From: Dehalococcoidia bacterium
Lineage (GTDB): Bacteria > Chloroflexota > Dehalococcoidia > UBA2979
Direction: 5' to 3'
Assembly: GCA_023228825.1 (NCBI GenBank)
Contig: JALOAL010000003.1
Coordinates: 123,956-187,955, forward strand
DNA: 64,000 nucleotides
A program made the translations under genes and the position numbers. Positions 37,194 to 46,152 of this stretch are shown here, piece after piece (positions within the stretch are counted from its first letter, which is position 1; each line of letters starts with the position of its first letter). The notes below the pieces were generated by a model, which was given only the letters and a program-made list of their open reading frames with translations, searched no databases and was not told the origin of the DNA.

Positions 37194-37233
37194 AACCCGC
37201 TGAGCCGCAGAGGCTGCAGCGGGTTTCCTGTTT
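37194..37233 (+). terminator. Intrinsic terminator after tRNA-Asp
   Basis: 9-bp stem AACCCGCTG/CAGCGGGTT, extendable through the loop, followed by TTTCCTGTTT. Confidence 0.6.
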
Positions 37234-37384
37234 CCCGGCCTGGACGCAGTATCCTCGCGCGCATAAGCACTCCGGAGCGACTCCGTACGAGGGCTATCCC
37301 GGTGGGGGCCGGCGCCTGCTGGGACCGCCCGGCCAGGCTGGCCGCCTGCGGGGACGGCCCCCCTCCTGTCTCCGGCGACTGTCC

Positions 37385-38110
37385 TATCCCCGAGTAGAGG
37401 CGACGGCGGGTTCGCGCTCGGGTGTGGGGGCCGACCAGGCGCGGACGGGGGTGAGGCCCAGGGCGCGGCGGCCGGTGAACTCCAGTTGCTGCTTCGCGGG
37501 GAGTGGGTGGAAACTGCCCGGCGCGCACGTCGCGCAGGAGACGTTCCAGGCCGTTGCGGCGGTAGAACGCGGCGCCGCCGGCGACCTCCACGGCGCGCTC
37601 CACGGTGCACTGTGTCGCCTCGACCACCTTCGTCTTCAGGATGAGCATCTCGTCGCTCAGGTCGAGCGAGGGCCGCACGTCCAGGTCGTTGACCATGGCG
37701 ACCATGTGGTCGTGCAGTGTCCGGGCGATCACAAGGGCGCTCCGCATCTCGCCGGCGGCCCACTGCACGGCGGGGTCCAGCGCGTTTCGCGCGGCGAATG
37801 GCAGGGCCGTCTCCGCAGCGCGCTCGGCAATGCCCACGTAGACCCCCATGACGAGCGGCAGCGCGACGGTGATCACCACGTTCCACACGTCGTGAAACTC
37901 GCCTCGATGCCGGCGCAGGAAGACGGCGCCTTCGGGCACGAAGACCTCGTCCAGGACGATGGTCTGGGAGCCCGTGGCGCGCATGCCGAGGGTGTGCCAG
38001 TCGTCCTGCAGGGAGACGCCCTCGGCGTCCATCGGCACGGCGAAGTGCAGCACCTGCCACCCGTCCACGGGATCCTCGAACGGCGCGCTGGTCAACACGA
38101 CGTCCTGGTC
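37385..38110 (-). pseudogene. Acyl-CoA dehydrogenase remnant: N-terminal ~140 aa missing, plus a frameshift near the 3' end
   Basis: Middle and C-terminal ACAD domains are readable (FAVPMDAEGVSLQDDWHTLGMRATGSQTIVLDEVFVPE ... GLERLLRDVRAGQF). After cagTTTcc (plus-strand AAA at 37511-37513) the conserved ending FHPLPAKQQLEFTGRRALGLTP continues in another frame, to TAG at 37385. No ACAD N-terminal domain is found in any frame upstream. Confidence 0.7.
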
Positions 38111-38914
38111 ACCCACGGGTCCATCTGGTTCGAGGTGGACGGCCACGCCGAGCCGCTGCGGCTGGACGACGGCGACATCATCGTGCTGCCGGGTGGGGCG
38201 ATCCACAGCCTGACGGACGCCCCCGGCTCCTTGCCGTCGCCGGCCGCGACACTGGCGGACCACGTGCACGGCGATCCCCCCACGTTGCAGTGCGGCGGCC
38301 AGGGCGACGCCTCCGAGGCGTTGTGCAGCTTCTTCCAGTACAACAGCCGGCTCTTCAATCCGCTCTTGCGCGCCCTCCCGCCGGTGCTGGTGATCCGCCA
38401 CGACTCGGAGGGCTCGCCGTGGCTCACGGCGACCGTGCAGCGCGCGTTCACGGAGACGAACGACCACCGGATGGGCCGGTCGGCAATAGTCGGGCGTCTC
38501 ACGGAACTGCTGTTCCTGGAGGTCGTGCAGCGCTTCCTGGAGGAGGGCGAAGGCGCGGCCTGCCCGGGGGTGCTCAACGATCCGATCGTGAACACGGCGC
38601 TCGCCACGCTGCACACCGCCCCCGACCGGCCGTGGACGCTGGACATGCTCGCACGGGAGGCGGGGGCGTCGCGCTCCACGCTGGCGGAGCATTTCAGCGA
38701 GCGCGTGGGCATCTCGCCGATGCGGTACCTCACAGAGTGGCGCATCGAACTGGCGGCGCAGCGGCTGCAGGAGACGGACGACTCCGTGCTGGCGGTGGCG
38801 AACGCCTCCGGCTACGACTCGGGGGCGGCGTTCAGCCGGGCGTTCAAGCGCCTCACCGGCCAGCCACCCGCCGCCTGGCGTCGCGCCCAGCGGAGCACCC
38901 TCGGCGCGAGGTGA
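38099..38914 (+). pseudogene. AraC-family regulator (cupin_6 type) lacking its first ~50-60 aa and any plausible start
   Basis: Readable from DVLVTHGSIWFEVDGHAEPLRLDDGDIIVLPGGAIHSL through the HTH_AraC domain (STLAEHFSERVGISPMRYLTEWRIELAAQRL...GYDSGAAFSRAFKRLTGQPP). The upstream in-frame sequence is the antisense of the ACAD remnant. Confidence 0.6.
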
Positions 38915-39119
38915 CGCGGGGATCCTGAGGCGTGATCCGCACGGACCTGGCCGCAGACGGCCTCCCCATCGCGGACGGCGCCGTGGACGTCGCTGACCTG
39001 GACGTGGTGGCCGACAGTGGCGAGTTCGCCGTCGGCAATGGCGGCGCCGCATCGACGCAAACTAGACGGGCGGTGTTGCAGGCGCGTGAAACGCACGCCG
39101 CCACCGTCACCCCGCGATC

Positions 39120-39956
39120 CTATGCCTCTGCCAGCGCCTCGAGGCGGTCCGCCAGCCGGACCACGCCCAGCGCACGCAGGCGCTCGGCGCCGGCGCGCCA
39201 GTCGGGTGCGCTCGTGGGGAGCGTGACGGGGACTTGCGGACGCAACTCCACCACCTCACGGAAGCGGCGCAGCAGGTCCTGCTCCGCCGCACGGGTGCCC
39301 GTCTCCAGAAAGGCCTCCAGCGTGCCGTGCTTCAGCAACAGCGCCGCAGCGGTCTTCGCGCCGATCCCCTTCGCGCCGGGGATGCGGTCGGAGGGGTCGC
39401 CGGCCAGCGCCTTGAAGTCCGGCACCTGCTCCGGCAGCACGCCCAGGCGTTCCACGACTTCCGCGGGACCGATGCGGTCCATCTCGCGCACGCCTCGACG
39501 CGGGGAGAGGATGGTGACGGCGTCCGAGGCCAACTGGTAGGCGTCCTTGTCGTTGGTCAGGAGCAGGCACGAGCCGCCCTCCGCTACCTCCCGCTGCGCG
39601 GCGGCGGCCATGAGGTCGTCCGCCTCGAAGCCGGCGGCCTTGCCCACACCGAAGGCGAAGGCGGCGCAGAGGTCCGGCAGCACCTCCAGTTGCGCGACGA
39701 TCTCCGGATCGAAGACGCGCCCGCCCTGGTACTCCGGCCAGAGGCGGTGGCGGTACGTCTCCACGCCCAGCGTGTCCCACGCGACGAAGACTGCCCGGGG
39801 CGCCTCCGCCGTCCAGAGGTTCGCGAGCATGCCGAAGACGCCGCTGATGGCGTTCACCGGCTTCCCGTCCACGCCTCGGACGGTCCTGGGGGTGGAGTGG
39901 TAGGCGCGATGGGCGAGGTTGTCGCCATCCACGATGAGAAGAGATCGTCGGTCCAT
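39120..39956 (-). CDS. 5'-3' exonuclease / flap endonuclease (Pol I N-terminal domain homolog)
   Basis: LLIVDGDNLAHRAYH, FVAWD, GFEADDLMA, TNDKDAYQL, and H3TH GIPGAKGIGAKTAA. Confidence 0.85.
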   Translation of the reverse strand: MDRRSLLIVDGDNLAHRAYHSTPRTVRGVDGKPVNAISGVFGMLANLWTAEAPRAVFVAWDTLGVETYRHRLWPEYQGGRVFDPEIVAQLEVLPDLCAAFAFGVGKAAGFEADDLMAAAAQREVAEGGSCLLLTNDKDAYQLASDAVTILSPRRGVREMDRIGPAEVVERLGVLPEQVPDFKALAGDPSDRIPGAKGIGAKTAAALLLKHGTLEAFLETGTRAAEQDLLRRFREVVELRPQVPVTLPTSAPDWRAGAERLRALGVVRLADRLEALAEA

Positions 39957-40417
39957 GCTCGCCCCTTACTGGTCAACTGGGAGTATTCCACGCCTCCACC
40001 ATGTGGGGCCCGTGGCCTCCGGATGTACCAGCCTGCACCGCCTGTACCGCCTTGGGGATTGCGAGGGCACTGCCAGACGCGTGCGGCGCGCCGTTATCCG
40101 CCGGAGATGGCGCGGCAGGGAGTTTGTAGATGCTCCCGAACGGGAGACGAACACCTTCCCTTTTCGTGAGGCGGAGGTGTTTCTGTGTCCAGCGCCGTCC
40201 AGTGTCTGGGGCGCCTTCCGGACGGCATTCCGGCGTTATCAGGCATCGCATCCGTTGTTGTTTATGCCGGCGTATAAGAACGCTTTATCACGTCGGGATG
40301 ATTTCGCAACGGGAACACCGTGTTTTGCCGCGTGTTTCGAGCATCCTCACCCTGTCCGGAGACGTACCCCTTACAGCAACCGTTCCGCCCCGGAATTGGA
40401 CTCAAGGGAGACCGCCC

Positions 40418-41020
40418 GTGCTCGAAGATGAAAAGACGACGCGTTCCAGGACATACCTGGGACGCATCGCCCTGACGTGCCTGGTGGGAGGCGCGTTGTT
40501 CCTGGCCGCCTGTAATAGCGACGACGACAACGGAGACAACGGAGACACCACCGCCGTCCCCACCGTGACGGAGACGGAGACCGCGACCGAAACCGCGACG
40601 GCCACGGCGACCGAGACTGAGACGGCCACGGAGACGCCAACGGCCACCGAGACGGCGGACGCCGACACCACCTTGCGCGTGGAAGAAGAGGGCGACCTGG
40701 CGCCGTTCCTGGTGGATGCGGACGGCATGACCCTCTACACGTTCGCCAACGACGAGGACGGCGTCAGCAACTGCGACGCTGACTGCGAGGCCAACTGGCC
40801 GCCCCTGACCGTGGAGGCCGGGGAGGAGCCGACCGCCGGTGAGGGTGCGGACGGCACGCTCGGCACCATCGAGCGGGATGACGGCACCCTGCACGTCACC
40901 TACGACGGCCAGCCGCTGTACACGTACACCGCAGACACCGCCCCCGGCGACACCAACGGGCACGAGGTGGGCGACCTCTGGTTCATCGCGGAGCCGGACG
41001 GCAGCGCCTCGGCCTCCTAG
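40418..41020 (+). CDS. Secreted lipoprotein of the COG4315 / 'lipoprotein with Yx(FWY)xxD motif' type, with a Thr-Glu-Ala repeat linker
   Basis: Lipobox FLAAC. The linker is TETETATETATATATETETATETPTATETA. Two repeats follow of the type G.TLYTFAND....S.C...C...WPP and G.PLYTYTADTAPGDTNG. GTG 40418 is preceded by AAGGGAG. Confidence 0.75.
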   Translation: MLEDEKTTRSRTYLGRIALTCLVGGALFLAACNSDDDNGDNGDTTAVPTVTETETATETATATATETETATETPTATETADADTTLRVEEEGDLAPFLVDADGMTLYTFANDEDGVSNCDADCEANWPPLTVEAGEEPTAGEGADGTLGTIERDDGTLHVTYDGQPLYTYTADTAPGDTNGHEVGDLWFIAEPDGSASAS

Positions 41021-41058
41021 CGTCCCGAGGAGCAACGCAGCCCGGCGTCGACTCGCCG

Positions 41059-43035
41059 CTACGCACCAGGCGTGGCGGCGAGTTGGCGTTTGGCGAGGAT
41101 GCGCTCCTGCACCTGGGGCGGCACCTCTGCGAGGTGGTCGAACTCCAGCCGGAAGCGGCCCCGCCCGTGCGTCAGGCTGCGCAACTGCGGCGCCAGGCGC
41201 TGCACCTCCGCCAGCGGCGCGAACGCCTCCACCGAGGTCACCCGCTCGCCCGCATCAAAACTCAGCACGCTGCCCCTTCGGCCGTTCAGTTCGTTGGCAA
41301 TGTCGCCCACCAGGTCGCTGGGCACCTCCACGTGCAGACGCATCACCGGCTCCAGCAGCACCGGGCGCGCCTCCAGCACCGCCTGGTGCAGCGCCTGCGC
41401 CGCCGCTATCTTGAACGCGAACTCGGAAGAGTCCACCGCATGGCTTGAGCCGTCGAGCAGCGTCACCTTGAGGTCCACCAGCCGCGACCGTGTCAGGGGG
41501 CCCTCCGCCAGCGCCTCCGTCACCCCGTGCTCCACGGCGGGGATGTACTGCCGAGGCACCCGCCCACCGGTGACGTGCTCCGCAAACTCGAAGCCCGCGT
41601 CGCGTTCCAGCGGTTCCACGCGGATCACCACGTGGGCGAACTGGCCGCGCCCGCCGGTCTGCTTCTTGTGGCGGTACTCGGCCTCCACGGAGGCACGGAT
41701 GGTCTCGCAGTACGCGACCAGGGGCTCCTCCACGTCCACGGCCACGCCGTATTCCTGCTGGAGGCGCGACGCGGCGATGGACGCCTGCACGTCGCCCATG
41801 GTGAGCAGCACGATCTCTCCGCCCACGCCTCGCTCCATGGCGAGCGTGGGGTCCTGCTCCAGCATCCTGGCGAGCGCCTGCGACATGCGGTCCAGGTCGT
41901 CGCGGCTGCGGGGGCGCAGGGCGCTGCGGTAGGTGGGCGCCGGGAAGTCCAGGGCCGGCACGGAGGCCGCGGCCTCCGCCAGGCCGCCGGCCGCCGCCAG
42001 GATGTCGCCGGTGGCGGTGCTGGACAGCCGCGGGATGGCGCCCAGGTCGCCCGCGGCCAGCGCCGGCACCTCCACCTGCTCCTTGCCGCGCATCGCGAAG
42101 AGGTGAGCCGCACGCTCGTCTGCCTGGCTACGCTGGTTGTGCAGGCGGTCCCCGCTGGTGAGCGTGCCACGCAGGACCCGCACGTACGAGAGGTGCCCCA
42201 CGAACGGGTCCGAGGACGTCTTCACCACCTGCAGGAGCGCCGGCGCCCGGGTGTCCTCGTCGCTGGCGGGGGGCGGGCCCTGCTCGCACAGTGCCTCCAG
42301 CAACTCTGATACGCCCACGCCGCTCAGCCCACAGACGGGGTAGGCGGGGAAGACCTGGCCCGTGCGCACCGCCGAGCACAGGGCCGCGCGCAGGTCCGCC
42401 TCCGCGATGTCTTCGCCCTCCAGATAGCGCTCCAGCAGGGCGTCGTCCGTCTCCGCCAGCGCCTCCACCAACTGCTCCCGGACGGCGGCGAGGGCGGGGT
42501 CGGACGCATCCAGCAGAGAGCGCGTGCGCTCGCCCTGCCCGAGCGTGGCCGCGAGCACCACGCGGGGGCCAAAGCGCTGCCGGAGCGCCTCCAGCACGCC
42601 CTGCACGTCCGCGTGCTCGCGGTCGGTGCGGGTGATGGCGAAGATCCGGGTGCGGACGCCTGCCTGCTCCAGGCGCTCCCACGCTGCCTCCGTGCCGCCC
42701 TCGATGCCCGCGACGGCGTCCACTGTCACGACAGCGATGTCAGCGGCGGCGGCGGCGGAGACCACCTCGCCCTCGAAGTCCGCGTAGCCGGGGGTGTCCA
42801 GCACGTGCAGGCGGTGGCCGTCCCAGTCCAGCGTCAGGAGCGACGCGCCGATCGAGTGGCCGTGCCGGTGCTCCTCCTCGTCGAAGTCGGAGACCGTGGC
42901 CCCGTCCTCCACCCGTCCGAGGCGGCTGATGGCGCCACTCGCGAGCAGCATCGCCTCCGCGAGCGAGGTCTTGCCGGACTTGGAGTGGCCCACCAGGGCC
43001 ACATTGCGAACGCGATCCCGTGCGACTTGCTGCAT
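41059..43035 (-). CDS. Elongation factor G paralog (EF-G-like GTPase)
   Basis: G1 GHSKSGKTS, G3 DTPGYADF, and EF-G domains II-V are recognisable. The G4 position reads TRTD instead of NKxD. Confidence 0.85.
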   Translation of the reverse strand: MQQVARDRVRNVALVGHSKSGKTSLAEAMLLASGAISRLGRVEDGATVSDFDEEEHRHGHSIGASLLTLDWDGHRLHVLDTPGYADFEGEVVSAAAAADIAVVTVDAVAGIEGGTEAAWERLEQAGVRTRIFAITRTDREHADVQGVLEALRQRFGPRVVLAATLGQGERTRSLLDASDPALAAVREQLVEALAETDDALLERYLEGEDIAEADLRAALCSAVRTGQVFPAYPVCGLSGVGVSELLEALCEQGPPPASDEDTRAPALLQVVKTSSDPFVGHLSYVRVLRGTLTSGDRLHNQRSQADERAAHLFAMRGKEQVEVPALAAGDLGAIPRLSSTATGDILAAAGGLAEAAASVPALDFPAPTYRSALRPRSRDDLDRMSQALARMLEQDPTLAMERGVGGEIVLLTMGDVQASIAASRLQQEYGVAVDVEEPLVAYCETIRASVEAEYRHKKQTGGRGQFAHVVIRVEPLERDAGFEFAEHVTGGRVPRQYIPAVEHGVTEALAEGPLTRSRLVDLKVTLLDGSSHAVDSSEFAFKIAAAQALHQAVLEARPVLLEPVMRLHVEVPSDLVGDIANELNGRRGSVLSFDAGERVTSVEAFAPLAEVQRLAPQLRSLTHGRGRFRLEFDHLAEVPPQVQERILAKRQLAATPGA

Positions 43036-43212
43036 ACCTCACCCCCACCGCCCGCGACCGAGTCGATGGTACGTGACCAGCACAACCGTTATGCCCCTGC
43101 AATCTCGCGCAATCTGGCCCGCGTCCGGTGTCGGACGCGAAACTGGCCCGGCGAATGCCGGGCCAGTCCGCGTGCGAGTGGCAGCCCTCGCGCGGCCGTC
43201 CTGCCAGAGGTC

Positions 43213-44469
43213 CTAGCGGACCACCACGGCTCTCGTCCCGGTGGGGAGGCCGTCCGGGAACATCGTGACGAAGGGCTCGTTCGCGAAGGCGGGCGCACCC
43301 ACCCGGTAGCCGATGGCCTCGCCGCCGCTGAAGATCCAGACGGAACCGCCGAGGCCCACCGCGTTCATGAGCGCCTCGAACGAGCCGCCGCCCCACGCGG
43401 CCAGCGAGATGCCGGACGCGGCCGGGGCCGGCGCGAAGACCTGGTAGCCAGGGCGTTCAAGGACGGCGAAGACGGTGAAGTGGTCCACCGCCGCGACGAT
43501 GGTCGCGGAGCCGTCCTCGTTGATCGTGGCTGCGGAGTTCACCTCCACCCAGGCGGCGCCGTCCCAGTAGACGAGCACCAGGTCCGAGGCCACCGTGCCT
43601 TCCTCGATGGAACCGGCCGGCAGCGTGAACTGCAGGATCACCTGGCCGTCGAACGGGCCGTCCAGCAGGACGCCGTCCGCACCGGTGGCCTGGAACACGA
43701 AGCCCAGCCGCAGCGTGGAGCCTTCCGGCCCGGGCGCGTCGGCCTCGAGGTTGGCGACGCTCGGGACGCCCGCCACGCTCAGCCGGGCCCCGACGGGAAG
43801 CACGCCCGCAGGCGCGATCGCGGTGCCCTCGACCCCGTTGGTCGTCGTGGTCACCTCGGTCTGCTCGCCCTCCACGACGGTCTTCTCGACCTCGTTGGCC
43901 ACGGTCACCTGGAGGTCACCGACGGTCACGATCGGCAGCGGCTCGGGGATGAACACGGGCGGAGGAGGTGGAGCAGGCGCGTCCGTCACCGTGAAGGGGT
44001 GGTCGATCGACGTGTCCTCTGGCGTGCCTTCGATCATGAACTGGAGGCTCACCACGTATTCCCCGGCAGCCGTGGGCGTGATGGTGAACTCCAGGTCGAC
44101 GCCTTCGGTCGCCAGCAACTCATCGCCAGCGGCGTCCGTCGGGATGCCGAACGCCGTCTGGAACTGGTCCGCAGTAAACCCAGCAATGTCGCCGGGTCCG
44201 GTGTAGACCAACGTCTCGTCGTTCGTGTCCACGTCGACACCGTCGCGAGTGACGGACACGTCGTACGCGAGCGACGTAGTGGCGTCCACGATATCGCCGT
44301 GTCCTGGGTCGAACGACACGTGCACCGCAAACTCGTGCACCTCGCCGACTGTCTGCGCATTCGCCACGCCCATCGACACGATGAACGTGAGCAGCGTTGC
44401 GACGACCATGACGATACCTGGCCGCCAGCGGCCTACGGGCCGCGTATCCATTCGCTTCAATCCATACAT
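43213..44469 (-). CDS. Secreted hypothetical protein (418 aa) with a signal peptide, Pro-rich hinge and conserved C-terminal domain
   Basis: ATG 44469 is preceded by GGGGGA. The signal peptide is IVMVVATLLTFIVSMGVANA-QT. The C-terminal module is W.GG..E.L...GY.VGAPAF.N...FPDGLPTGT. The track ORF start at 44685 was rejected. Confidence 0.7.
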   Translation of the reverse strand: MYGLKRMDTRPVGRWRPGIVMVVATLLTFIVSMGVANAQTVGEVHEFAVHVSFDPGHGDIVDATTSLAYDVSVTRDGVDVDTNDETLVYTGPGDIAGFTADQFQTAFGIPTDAAGDELLATEGVDLEFTITPTAAGEYVVSLQFMIEGTPEDTSIDHPFTVTDAPAPPPPPVFIPEPLPIVTVGDLQVTVANEVEKTVVEGEQTEVTTTTNGVEGTAIAPAGVLPVGARLSVAGVPSVANLEADAPGPEGSTLRLGFVFQATGADGVLLDGPFDGQVILQFTLPAGSIEEGTVASDLVLVYWDGAAWVEVNSAATINEDGSATIVAAVDHFTVFAVLERPGYQVFAPAPAASGISLAAWGGGSFEALMNAVGLGGSVWIFSGGEAIGYRVGAPAFANEPFVTMFPDGLPTGTRAVVVR

Positions 44470-44818
44470 AGATCCCCCGTCCTGACGCCGGCTGGCGGCG
44501 CTACACGGCGCGCACCAGCGCGGCGCACTCCCACGCCGCCTCTCTGCGCACCTCGGTTCGATACGAGGTAACGCTAGAGAGCGGGCCGGGACGAGAGGTT
44601 GATGAGGCGTCGCAATGGTTGGATGCGGCGTCGGATGAGGACGAATCGTTGAGGGCGAACGTCGCGCGCGCAGGTGCGGCCGCACGATTGCGCCTCGGGC
44701 GGCCGTCTCCCGCGCCGGTTTCGCGCGCAGGCCGTGGGCCGAGGGGCGCCCGCCGTGCCGAGGAATGGCAGCGCTCCGTAGCGGCCCCGTTGCGGGACCG
44801 CCACGGACGGCGCGCGGG

Positions 44819-45586
44819 TCAGTTGCCGGTGGGGAGGCCGGTCACGGGGAAGGGCGGCTCGAAGTCCTCGTCGCTGACGCTGTTGGTGAACTCGATCGCC
44901 TCCATGCGGAAGTCTGCATCGTCGCCCGTGCTCTCGATGAGCACCGGGATCCCGCCTTCCGCGTAGCAGGCGAGGCCGGAGGCGCCCCCCTCGGGCTCCT
45001 CGAACTCGTAGCACTCGGCGCGGGTGCCGGCGATGTCGCGTGTGCCGACGGCGCGCACTTCGCCCGCCATGGCGTCCGCCTGCACGCCCTCCACCTGCTC
45101 CGTGAGGACGCCGCCCATGTTCGGGGCGCCGCTGTCAGCGGGCATGCCGAAGCACATCCCCTCCGCACAGATGAACAGGCCATCCGGCGTGGAGATCATG
45201 GTGCCGAAGTCGCCCATGGCCTCGAAGTCCATGCGCAGGCGGTCGCCGCTACCGTCCTGGTACCAGCGCCACTCGCCGTCCATCTCCTCGCCGTCCGCGG
45301 TGCCCTGCACGCGGTAGGTGGCTGTGAAGGTGGCCGTCTCAAAGGCCTGCGCCAACGCCTCCAGGTCCAGCGCGCCGTCTGCGCCGCTGTTGCCCCGGTT
45401 GTCGCCGTTGTCGCCGCCCGAGGAGCCCTCGGACGTTGCGGGCGTGGAGGTCGCTGTGTCGCCGCCAGCGGACGCGGTGGCGGTGGCGCCGCCGTTGTCA
45501 CCGTTGTCACCCTCGTCACCACCGCAGGCACCCAGGAAGAAGGCGGCCAGCAGCAGTGGCAGCACGAGCAAGGAAATCCGGCGCAC
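44819..45586 (-). CDS. Hypothetical lipoprotein (255 aa) ending in GLPTGN
   Basis: GTG 45586 is preceded by GAGAGGA. Lipobox FLGAC, a Gly/Asp/Asn-rich linker and an acidic globular part follow. The upstream part of the track ORF to 46090 is antisense to the dodecin gene. Confidence 0.7.
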   Translation of the reverse strand: MRRISLLVLPLLLAAFFLGACGGDEGDNGDNGGATATASAGGDTATSTPATSEGSSGGDNGDNRGNSGADGALDLEALAQAFETATFTATYRVQGTADGEEMDGEWRWYQDGSGDRLRMDFEAMGDFGTMISTPDGLFICAEGMCFGMPADSGAPNMGGVLTEQVEGVQADAMAGEVRAVGTRDIAGTRAECYEFEEPEGGASGLACYAEGGIPVLIESTGDDADFRMEAIEFTNSVSDEDFEPPFPVTGLPTGN

Positions 45587-45764
45587 GGTCAGGTCCTCTC
45601 GGAAGTTCACGGGAAGCGGCGTCCACGCTACCAGCCGTGGCGGTGAGGGCACAGGAGGCGCGGTTGAGGGGTGGTTCCGGGCTCCTTCCGCTGTCATGCA
45701 TTGCGACTTCGTTAGGAGCGGGGGGGCACGGTAGGCGGCCCACCACGCGGCGAGGAGCCACGAG

Positions 45765-46109
45765 ATGAACGATGTCGCCCGCGTCACGGAGATCACCGCA
45801 CGTTCCAGCGAGTCCTTCGAGCACGCCATCCAGATCGCCATCGAGCGGGCCACCCGGACGCTGCGCAACGTCAGCGGCGCATGGGTGAAGGAGCAGAAGG
45901 TGAAGATCCGGGACGGCGTCATCTCCCAGTACCACGTGGACCTGATGGTCACCTTCGTGCTGGACGACACACCCAGCGGCGACGACCAGATGGCGACCAC
46001 CTCCGTCGAACGGGACACGGGCGAGACACAGACCGACGGCGGCGCGCAGACGGCGGTCACCTCGGAGCAGCGGGTGGGGCAACGGCACATGGAGAGCGTG
46101 CAGCGCTAG
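45765..46109 (+). CDS. Dodecin-family flavin-binding protein with a ~45-aa C-terminal tail
   Basis: VARVTEITARSSESFEHAIQIAIERATRTLRNVSGAWVKEQKVKIRDGVISQYHVDLMVTFVLDD matches the ~68-aa dodecin fold pattern. Confidence 0.7.
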   Translation: MNDVARVTEITARSSESFEHAIQIAIERATRTLRNVSGAWVKEQKVKIRDGVISQYHVDLMVTFVLDDTPSGDDQMATTSVERDTGETQTDGGAQTAVTSEQRVGQRHMESVQR

Positions 46110-46152
46110 CCTCGTCGTGCTTGCGGCGCGGGCGCCCAGCGCTGGCGCAGGG

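Noticed and set aside
36798-38060. 420-aa minus-strand ORF running across the tRNA-Asp gene.
   Set aside because: It overlaps a well-folding tRNA and the ACAD remnant. The translation is Arg/Pro/Gly-rich with no motifs, so it is a GC artefact.
37151-39052. 633-aa minus-strand ORF and 496-aa plus-strand ORF (37424..38914), considered as intact genes.
   Set aside because: Only 37440-38100 of the minus ORF is ACAD-like, and only 38099-38914 of the plus ORF is AraC-like. In each, the remainder is the antisense of the other gene. They are treated as two truncated remnants instead.
37116-39120. Genomic island or prophage integrated at tRNA-Asp.
   Set aside because: I found no integrase, transposase, or direct repeat of the tRNA 3' end downstream. 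Only decayed metabolic and regulatory gene fragments are present. At most this is an old scar, and it is reported as such in the findings.
39919-40431. ORFs in the 460-nt exonuclease / lipoprotein intergenic region (39919..40431 +, 39966..40154 -, 39973..40251 -).
   Set aside because: There is no SD-start combination and no third-position G/C bias comparable with neighbouring genes. The translations are Arg/Cys/Pro-rich without motifs. The region is treated as non-coding.
40550-40660. Highly repetitive ACGGAGAC/GCGACC-type DNA (the TETATETA region) and the 12-nt repeats at 22092-22175, considered as possible CRISPR-like or other non-coding arrays.
   Set aside because: Both are in frame within coding sequences and encode low-complexity linkers. 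The units are 6-12 nt with no spacers. There are no cas genes in the window.
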